From: Thiocystis violascens DSM 198
GTDB taxonomy: Bacteria > Pseudomonadota > Gammaproteobacteria > Chromatiales > Chromatiaceae
NCBI RefSeq assembly: GCF_000227745.2
Contig: NC_018012.1
Span: forward strand, 3,499,412-3,531,411
Length of the DNA stretch: 32,000 nucleotides
Direction: 5' to 3'
Numbering within the stretch: the first letter of the stretch is position 1; each line of letters starts with the position of its first letter. The position numbers were made by a program, and so were the translations under genes. Shown piece after piece: positions 25,594 through 32,000 of this stretch. Under the pieces are notes generated by a model. The model was not told where the DNA came from, did no database searches, and saw only the letters and a list, made by a program, of their open reading frames with translations.

Positions 25594-26637
25594 TCAGAGA
25601 ATCTCTTCGCTCTCTTCGTCATCCGGATCCAGCGAGTCGCGATATTGTTCCAGCCGCTCGACCGTCGCCTCCAGCATGCCATAACGGGCGATGTGGTAGA
25701 TCCCTTCGCCCTCGGTGACCAGGGGTAGATTGGTGCGCCCGATGACGATGCCGCTGGTGGGCGCGAGCACCGACGCGTCCGCGTGACGGAAGGGATCGGT
25801 GATGATCCCCAGCGTATCGCCTTTTTTGACACAGGCGCCGAGCGGTGTCAGGGAGAGCAGCACGCCGCTGCGGTCGGCGCGAATCCAGAGGCAGGAACGG
25901 GCCACCACCGGTTTCGGTTCGTGCGTTTTGCGGCTCGCGTGGTCGCGGATCATCCCCAGATGGCACATCACCCCCAAAATGCCGCGCAACCCGGCGCGCA
26001 CCGCGAACTCGTCGAACCGCAATGCCTCGCCGCCCTCGTACAACAGCAGCGGGATGGCGCGCTCGATCGCCGCCGCGCGCAACGAGCCGGGTCGAACCTC
26101 GGCGTCCAGGATCACCGGCGTCCCGAAGGCGTTGGCGAGTGCCGGCATGCGGACATCGGCATCGAGCGTCACTCGGATCTGCGGCAGGTTCTCGCGATGC
26201 AGCGCGCCGGTGTGCAGATCGATCCCATGGGTCGAGCCTTCCACGACCTCGCCAATCAGGGTCGCCGCCAGGCGCGCGGCCAGGGAGCCTTTGTCGGAAC
26301 CGGGGAAGCTTCGGTTCAGGTCGCGCCGATCCGGCAGGTAGCGGGATTGGCGCACATAGCCATAGACGTTGACCACGGGCACGGCCAGCAGGGTGCCGGA
26401 CAGTCGCTGCAAGGATTTTTGAAGCAGCAGACGCCGGATGATTTCGACCCCGTTGATTTCGTCGCCATGGATCGAGGCGGTGACGAACAGCCGCGGTCCA
26501 GGGCGTCGCCCCTGCAGGACATGCACCGGCATGAGAACTGGCGTCTGGGTGTAAAGGCTGGGCAGCGGGATATCGACGCGGGCGCGCTCGCCGGGTTGCA
26601 CGCGGCGACCGGCGATGACAAGCGGGGCAGGGGTCAT
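25594..26637 (-). CDS. Succinylglutamate desuccinylase/aspartoacylase (AstE/AspA, M14-like zinc hydrolase) family protein
   Basis: The motif pattern TASIHGDEINGVEIIRRLL (zinc-binding H..E) and HGIDLHTG matches this family. It sits 100 nt downstream of rimK on the same strand. Confidence 0.85.
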   Translation of the reverse strand: MTPAPLVIAGRRVQPGERARVDIPLPSLYTQTPVLMPVHVLQGRRPGPRLFVTASIHGDEINGVEIIRRLLLQKSLQRLSGTLLAVPVVNVYGYVRQSRYLPDRRDLNRSFPGSDKGSLAARLAATLIGEVVEGSTHGIDLHTGALHRENLPQIRVTLDADVRMPALANAFGTPVILDAEVRPGSLRAAAIERAIPLLLYEGGEALRFDEFAVRAGLRGILGVMCHLGMIRDHASRKTHEPKPVVARSCLWIRADRSGVLLSLTPLGACVKKGDTLGIITDPFRHADASVLAPTSGIVIGRTNLPLVTEGEGIYHIARYGMLEATVERLEQYRDSLDPDDEESEEIL

Positions 26638-26737
26638 CGTGAGACGTCCAGAACATGAAGCGACCGGAAAGACATCGCCCCGATCTTGTCATGAAACCGT
26701 CGCGGAGTGCCAGCGAGTCAACCTCATTCTGGGATCG

Positions 26738-27643
26738 CTAGCCCTGACCGCGCGTGCGCGTCTTGCCGAGCGCGGCGTTCTTTTCGATGAAGCCGACGAT
26801 CATGCCCGCGACATCCTTGCCGGTCGCCGTCTCGATCCCTTCGAGTCCCGGCGACGAATTGACCTCCATCACCACCGGGCCATGATTGGAACGCAGAATG
26901 TCCACGCCCGCCACGTTGAGCCCCATGATGCGGGCCGCGCGGGTCGCGGTCGAGCGTTCCTCCGGGGTGATGCGGATCAGCGAGGCGCTGCCGCCGCGGT
27001 GCAGGTTAGACCGGAACTCGCCCTCCTTGGCCTGGCGTTTCATGGTCGCGACCACCTTGTCGCCGATGACGAAACAACGGATGTCCGAGCCATTGGCCTC
27101 CTTAATGTATTCCTGCACCAGGATGTTGACCTTGAGGCCCATGAAGGCTTCGATGACGCTCTCGGCGGCCTTCTGGGTCTCGGCCAGCACCACGCCGATG
27201 CCCTGGGTGCCTTCCAGCAGCTTGATGACCAGCGGCGCGCCGCCGACCATCTTGATCAGATCCTCCACGTCGTCCGGGGCGTGGGCGAAGCCGGTGATGG
27301 GCAGCCCAATCCCCTTGCGCGACAGCAGTTGCAGCGAGCGCAGTTTGTCGCGGGCGCGGGTGATGGCGACCGATTCGTTCAGCGGATAGACCCCCAGCAT
27401 TTCGAACTGGCGCAGCACCGCCGTGCCGTAAAAGGTGACCGAGGCGCCGATGCGCGGGATGACGGCATCGAAATCTGTGAATTCCTCGCCCTTGTAGTGC
27501 ATCGAGGGGGCGAGCGAGGTGATGTTCATGTAGCAGCGCAGGACATCGATGACCTTGGTCTCGTGTCCGCGCGCGCGCGCGGCCTCCACCAGTCGACGGG
27601 TCGAGTACAGCGAGGGATTGCGCGAGAGGATGGCAATTCTCAT
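26738..27643 (-). CDS. rimK: Ribosomal protein S6--L-glutamate ligase RimK (ATP-grasp)
   Basis: [22 protein letters not shown]..., [64 protein letters not shown]. Confidence 0.95.
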   Translation of the reverse strand: MRIAILSRNPSLYSTRRLVEAARARGHETKVIDVLRCYMNITSLAPSMHYKGEEFTDFDAVIPRIGASVTFYGTAVLRQFEMLGVYPLNESVAITRARDKLRSLQLLSRKGIGLPITGFAHAPDDVEDLIKMVGGAPLVIKLLEGTQGIGVVLAETQKAAESVIEAFMGLKVNILVQEYIKEANGSDIRCFVIGDKVVATMKRQAKEGEFRSNLHRGGSASLIRITPEERSTATRAARIMGLNVAGVDILRSNHGPVVMEVNSSPGLEGIETATGKDVAGMIVGFIEKNAALGKTRTRGQG

Positions 27644-27736
27644 GCAGGGTCGGCGCCGGTCGCCGTGAACCTTCGTGGTCTGTGATCGGAGCGCATGATA
27701 CCGGAATCGCTTGCGCGCTTCCGGTTGGTTCTGGTT

Positions 27737-28282
27737 TCAGACGCCGTTTTCAGACGGCGAACGGTTCGCGGTGTCGTCCGCGATCAGAGTCGCGATCAGC
27801 AGGATGATGACGCCTAGGGTAATGGCGCTGTCGGCGATGTTGAAGGCGGGCCAGGGATTGAACAGATCCAGTGGAATAAAGGGCAGAGAGACCTGGATGA
27901 AATCCACCACGTGACCGAGCAGGATCCGGTCGATCAGATTGCCGATGGCACCGCCGATCAGCAGCGCCAGACCGGCCGCTAGCCAGCCCTCGCCACGCTT
28001 GAGCCGCAGTAACCAGACCGTGAGCACGACGCTGACGGTCAGCGCGAGCCCGGTGAACAGCCAGCGCTGCCAGCCGCCCGCGTCCGAGAGAAAGCTGAAG
28101 GCCGCGCCCTCGTTGAACATCAGGGTCAGGTTGAGGTTCGGTGACAGGATGACCGGCTCGAAGGGTTGCAGGGTGGAGAGGATCAACCATTTGGTCGCCT
28201 GATCCAGGAGCAGGACGAGTAGTGAGAGTAAGAGCCAGCGTTTCAAATGGGCACCATTGAGTTGTGAAGCCGCGTCCGGCAT
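27737..28282 (-). CDS. lspA: Lipoprotein signal peptidase (signal peptidase II)
   Basis: LDQATKW, NEGAAFSFL, GGAIGNLIDR, VVDFI, FNIAD. I prefer ATG 28282 (MPDAASQLNGAHLKRWLLL). A TTG at 28327 is the longest alternative. The first 6 codons lie inside repeat unit 3. Confidence 0.9.
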   Translation of the reverse strand: MPDAASQLNGAHLKRWLLLSLLVLLLDQATKWLILSTLQPFEPVILSPNLNLTLMFNEGAAFSFLSDAGGWQRWLFTGLALTVSVVLTVWLLRLKRGEGWLAAGLALLIGGAIGNLIDRILLGHVVDFIQVSLPFIPLDLFNPWPAFNIADSAITLGVIILLIATLIADDTANRSPSENGV

Positions 28283-28350
28283 GGCAGGCGTTATTTGCAC
28301 CTCGGTGTTGATGCGCTCGACCAGCAAACGCCGGCGCTGACGCGGTTTAA
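28265..28350. repeat. Third copy of the ~87-bp element: left terminus degenerate (TGAAGCCGCGTC, 10/12), right terminus GACGCGGTTTAA, 62-nt interior
   Basis: The spacing is 62 nt versus 63 nt in units 1 and 2. The first 20 interior nt match the reverse complement of the unit 2 interior at 14/20 (CGGCATGGCAGGCGTTATTT vs CAGCATGGTATGCGATGTTT). Confidence 0.6.
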
Positions 28351-28577
28351 GTCTTTATTTTTAATATATCCTGATTCCCTTGCTCAATCCAAAATGAAAT
28401 TGAATGAGGTTTCGTAACGGGTCGAACCCCAACGAATCCTTGATCCCGCCCTTCTCGGGTCGAAGGGCAGCAACATGTCTCGATAATGGCTGGCCGCGAA
28501 ACGCATCATGCTCAGTCTCGCCCAGCGCAGCGATATGCTAGTATCATGATGAATGCAATTTGATGGCAAGAAAATTC

Positions 28578-28808
28578 ATGAAAGCATTGAGTATTCGTCA
28601 TCTCCCGGATGATGTCTATGAATCCCTGAAGGCAATGGCTGCGGCGAACCACCGCAGCATGCAGGAACAGGTGCGCTGCTTGATCGAACGGGAAATCCGA
28701 CTGATCGGCGGCTCTGGCTTGGCGACAGCCCGTGATTGGCGGGCACGCCTGGAGGGACGCACTCTGGGCGACACGGTGGAAGACGTGCGACAGGATCGTG
28801 CAAGATGA
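28578..28808 (+). CDS. vapB: FitA/VapB-type ribbon-helix-helix antitoxin
   Basis: MKALSIRHLPDDVYESLKAMAAANHRSMQEQVRCLIE is the Arc/MetJ-type RHH pattern of FitA-like antitoxins. The stop overlaps the PIN gene start (ATGA at 28805-28808). Alternative starts are 28563 and 28560. Confidence 0.8.
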   Translation: MKALSIRHLPDDVYESLKAMAAANHRSMQEQVRCLIEREIRLIGGSGLATARDWRARLEGRTLGDTVEDVRQDRAR

Positions 28809-29209
28809 TCTGGGTGGTCGATACCTCGGCCCTGATCCGTTTGTTTGTGCCCGATGGTCCGCTGCATCCCGAGGTCGAGACTGCATTCAATCGCGCGGCC
28901 AGCGGCGGTGATCTGGTGTTGGCGCCTCAGTTGTTATTGGCGGAAGCGGCGAACGTCATGCTGCGCAAGCGGCAACGGGGCGAACTGTCGGCACTGGAGT
29001 TGGTCGAGCTTCTGCAAGCGATGATGTCGCTACCGATCCGTTATTGCGAGCATGAAAACTTGATTTTATCGACCTGCGCCTTGGCGGAGGCGCATGGCCT
29101 GACAGCCTACGATGCGCTGTATCTGGCCTTGGCCGAACGACAGGGCGCGCGTCTGATCACGAACGACGAAGCGTTAAACGCGGCCGCGCGCACGTTAGGA
29201 CTGACCTGA
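28805..29209 (+). CDS. vapC: PIN-domain ribonuclease toxin VapC
   Basis: MIWVVDTSALIRLF (first acidic residue), LLLAEAANV, LTAYDALYLALAE, LITNDEAL: the canonical PIN acidic quartet pattern. Confidence 0.9.
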   Translation: MIWVVDTSALIRLFVPDGPLHPEVETAFNRAASGGDLVLAPQLLLAEAANVMLRKRQRGELSALELVELLQAMMSLPIRYCEHENLILSTCALAEAHGLTAYDALYLALAERQGARLITNDEALNAAARTLGLT

Positions 29210-29356
29210 CGGTTGCCGCCAATTCGCCGCGTCATCGTCAATGAAGGGTGGTTTTGTCGGTCATGCGTCTCATGGTTCAGCGGGGTTCGATGGGTTTCAC
29301 GGCCAATCGGCGTCCGTGCCAATCGTTAACGTTGTGCCATGGCCGTTCTACCCATC

Positions 29357-32000
29357 CTACGCGAAGTGCCGGTTCTCGCCCGCCCCGGCGACATTCTCGA
29401 CACAGCGCCCGCACAGTTCCGGGTGCTCGGCATGGCTGCCGACATCCGCGCGATGATGCCAGCAGCGCACGCACTTCGGATGACCGGACGCGATGACCCG
29501 CACGGCAAGTCCGTCCAGGTCGGTCTCGGCCGCATCCTCGGGGCGCTCGGTGAATGCGTGCAACCGAACCTCGGAAACGATCAGGGCGAAACGCAATTCG
29601 TCCCTGAGCCGTTCGAGCGTCTCGCGCAGCGCGTCCGCACAATAGAGATCCAGCTCGGCGTCGAGCGAGGAGCCGATCTGGCCGGCCTTGCGGGCGGTCT
29701 CCAGCGCGGGTCCGACGGCCATGCGCGTGGCGATCACGCGGTCCCAGAATCCGCGATCCATGGCGTCGCCGTCTTCCAGCGCGAAGAGTCCTTCATACCA
29801 GGTCGCGGTAAAAACGGTCTCGTCGCGTTCGCCCGGAATCTCGCGCCAGATCTCGTCGGCGGTGAAGCTGAGAATCGGTGCCAGCCAGCGGCTCATGGCC
29901 TCGACGATGCGATACATGGCGGTCTGACAGGAGCGCCGCGCCAGGCTGTCGGCCTGGGTGGTGTACTGGCGATCCTTGATGACATCCAGATAGAAGCCGC
30001 CCATGTCGACCACGCAAAACTGCTGGACCTTCTGCACGATCAGATGGAACTGATAGTCGCGATAAGCGTCGCTGAACTCCCGCTGAAGCTGCTCGGCCCG
30101 GTCGACCGCCCAGCGGTCGAGCGCCAGCATGTCGCCCGGCGCGACCGTATGGATGGCCGGGTCGAAGCCGTTCAGATTGGCGAGCAGGAAGCGCGCGGTG
30201 TTGCGGATGCGCCGGTAGGCATCGGCGGTGCGCTTGAGGATCTCGTCGCTGACATTCATCTCGGTGCGGTAATCGGTCGCCGCGACCCACAGCCGGATGA
30301 TGTCGGCGCCGAGCGTTTTCATGACGCTTTGAGGGCTGACCACGTTTCCCTTCGACTTGGACATCTTCTCGCCCCGGGCATCGACGGTGAAACCGTGGGT
30401 GAGCACCTGCCGATAGGGCGCGTGGCCGTGCATGGCGACCGAGGTCATGAGCGAGGACTGAAACCAGCCGCGATGCTGGTCAGAGCCTTCCAGATAGAGA
30501 TCCGCCGGCGCGCGTAGCCCCTCCCGATGCTCCAGCACGCAGGCATGGGTGACGCCCGAGTCGAACCAGACATCCAGGGTGTCGTGGACCTTGTCGTAGC
30601 GCGCGCCTTCCTCGTCGCCCAGCAGATCCCTCGGATGAAGCTCGAACCAGGCTTCGATGCCGTGCTTCTCGACCCGCTTGGCGACCAGTTCGAGCAACTC
30701 GCCGGTCCGCGGATGCAGCGCGGCGGTCTCCTTGTGGACGAAGAGCGCGATGGGTACGCCCCAGGTACGCTGACGCGAGATGCACCAGTCCGGGCGTCCG
30801 CGCACCATGCCCTCGATCCGGCTCTGGCCCCAGTCCGGCATCCAGTGGACGTTGTCGATCTCGCGCAGGGCGGTCTCGCGCAGTCCCTGCTTGTCCATGC
30901 TGATGAACCACTGGGGCGTGGCGCGGAAGATGATCGGGGTCTTGTGGCGCCAGCAGTGCGGATAGCTGTGGGTGAAGCGGGTCTCCAGCAGCAGCGCGCC
31001 CTTGGCCTTGAGCACCTCGATCACATGCTCGTTGGCCTGAAAAACGTTCTCGCTCGCGAACAGCTCGGTACCAGGCAAAAAGCGCCCGTCCCCGCCGACC
31101 GGATTGTCGACCGACAGCCCGTAGCGCTGACCGACGATGTAATCCTCCAGGCCATGACCGGGCGCGGTATGTACGGCGCCGGTACCGGCATCGAGCGTGA
31201 CATGCTCGCCGACGATGACCGGCACCTCGCGATCATAAAAAGGATGCCTGAGCATCAGGCCCTCAAACTCGATGCCGCGCCCGTCGCCCAGCACCCGATA
31301 GTGCTCGATGCCCCAGCGGTCCATGGTGTCCTTGAGCAGACCCTCGGCGACGATCAGACGCTCTTTCCCGTGCGCCGAGACGGCCTCGACGACGACATAG
31401 TCGAGATCGGCGTTCAGCGCCACCGCCTGATTGGCGGGCAGGGTCCAGGGCGTCGTGGTCCAGATGACGACCGACACCGGACCCTCGCCGCAACCGGTGG
31501 GGCTGGCATGACAGCGGGCTTCGAGCGCCTCGGGTTCGGCGACCGGAAAGCGCACGTCGATGGCGATCGACTGCTTGTCGGCGTATTCCACTTCGGCCTC
31601 GGCCAGGGCCGAGCCGCAGTCGATGCACCAGTGCACCGGTTTTTCGCCCTTCTGGAGATGACCGTTGGCGATGATCTTGCCGAGCGCGCGGATGATTCCG
31701 GCCTCGAAACCGAAATCCATGGTCAGATAGGGCCGCTCCCAATCGCCAAGGACACCCAGACGCTTGAAGTCGCCGCGCTGGCCATCGACCTGCTTCGCGG
31801 CATACTCGCGGCAGGCGACGCGGAACTCAGCGGCGCTGATCTTGTTTCCGGGCTTGCCCTTTTTCTTCTCGACCTGAAGCTCGATCGGCAGGCCGTGGCA
31901 GTCCCAGCCCGGCACATAGGGCGCGTCCAGTCCGTCGAGCGTGCGCGACTTGACGATGATGTCCTTCAGCACCTTGTTGACCGCGTGACCGATGTGGATG
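29357..32000 (-). CDS. ileS: Isoleucine--tRNA ligase, N-terminus beyond the right edge
   Basis: The reverse complement of the window end reads [15 protein letters not shown] (HIGH motif). Also present are the KMSKS motif ([10 protein letters not shown]), a CP1 editing region, and a C-terminal zinc finger (CVRCWHH...CGRC). Confidence 0.97.
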   Translation of the reverse strand, partial: IHIGHAVNKVLKDIIVKSRTLDGLDAPYVPGWDCHGLPIELQVEKKKGKPGNKISAAEFRVACREYAAKQVDGQRGDFKRLGVLGDWERPYLTMDFGFEAGIIRALGKIIANGHLQKGEKPVHWCIDCGSALAEAEVEYADKQSIAIDVRFPVAEPEALEARCHASPTGCGEGPVSVVIWTTTPWTLPANQAVALNADLDYVVVEAVSAHGKERLIVAEGLLKDTMDRWGIEHYRVLGDGRGIEFEGLMLRHPFYDREVPVIVGEHVTLDAGTGAVHTAPGHGLEDYIVGQRYGLSVDNPVGGDGRFLPGTELFASENVFQANEHVIEVLKAKGALLLETRFTHSYPHCWRHKTPIIFRATPQWFISMDKQGLRETALREIDNVHWMPDWGQSRIEGMVRGRPDWCISRQRTWGVPIALFVHKETAALHPRTGELLELVAKRVEKHGIEAWFELHPRDLLGDEEGARYDKVHDTLDVWFDSGVTHACVLEHREGLRAPADLYLEGSDQHRGWFQSSLMTSVAMHGHAPYRQVLTHGFTVDARGEKMSKSKGNVVSPQSVMKTLGADIIRLWVAATDYRTEMNVSDEILKRTADAYRRIRNTARFLLANLNGFDPAIHTVAPGDMLALDRWAVDRAEQLQREFSDAYRDYQFHLIVQKVQQFCVVDMGGFYLDVIKDRQYTTQADSLARRSCQTAMYRIVEAMSRWLAPILSFTADEIWREIPGERDETVFTATWYEGLFALEDGDAMDRGFWDRVIATRMAVGPALETARKAGQIGSSLDAELDLYCADALRETLERLRDELRFALIVSEVRLHAFTERPEDAAETDLDGLAVRVIASGHPKCVRCWHHRADVGSHAEHPELCGRCVENVAGAGENRHFA

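Noticed and set aside
28405-28430. tRNA T-arm-like string GGGTCGAACCCC, considered as a tRNA fragment or integration-site remnant next to the toxin-antitoxin cassette.
   Set aside because: It lacks the invariant GTTCGAATC pattern (one T is missing). There is no acceptor or anticodon-arm context on either strand, and no integrase is nearby.
28384-28569. 61-aa minus-strand ORF in the AT-rich spacer upstream of vapB.
   Set aside because: It has no Shine-Dalgarno, an irregular composition, and overlaps the probable vapBC promoter/operator region and the vapB start.

Overview
This is a high-GC (roughly 63-65% by eye) proteobacterial chromosomal segment. Gene order suggests a gamma- or beta-proteobacterium, possibly Chromatiales-like, but that is a low-confidence guess. 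Most of the window is a conserved housekeeping backbone. On the minus strand: ntrX(partial)-ntrY-DUF4390-rsmB-fmt-def. On the plus strand: tsaP-like LysM gene-dprA-smg-topA, then an HDOD/GAF signalling gene (minus), tsaC, a CFA-synthase-family methyltransferase, nhaD plus a secreted thermonuclease, cobD plus a degenerate cobT-like gene, an SLC13 permease, a secreted retropepsin-like protease, a rimK/M14-type deacylase operon, lspA and ileS(partial). Three small lower-GC insertions interrupt this backbone. (i) About 1 kb at 15128-16150 carries two orphan small ORFs. (ii) 20434-22233 holds a stand-alone classical AAA+ ATPase with an N-terminal four-Cys zinc ribbon and an A8 tract in codons 6-8, followed by a terminator-like hairpin and a ~100-aa coiled-coil ORF. 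(iii) A FitA/VapB-VapC toxin-antitoxin cassette sits between ileS and lspA, which are normally contiguous. The most distinctive non-coding signal is a short repeat family. It consists of ~87-bp units bounded by 12-bp terminal inverted repeats, TTAAACCGCG[CT]C ... G[AG]CGCGGTTTAA, with a 62-63 nt interior. Two copies lie back to back upstream of topA, a third overlaps the lspA start codon, and solo termini occur at the topA 3' end and next to the AAA+ gene. I found no rRNA, tRNA or CRISPR array. The many long antisense ORFs in the track are high-GC artefacts. The best candidate for something undescribed is the AAA+/coiled-coil islet, but the sequence only supports an accessory module of unknown function. 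All family assignments come from reading motifs in the translations, not from database searches.
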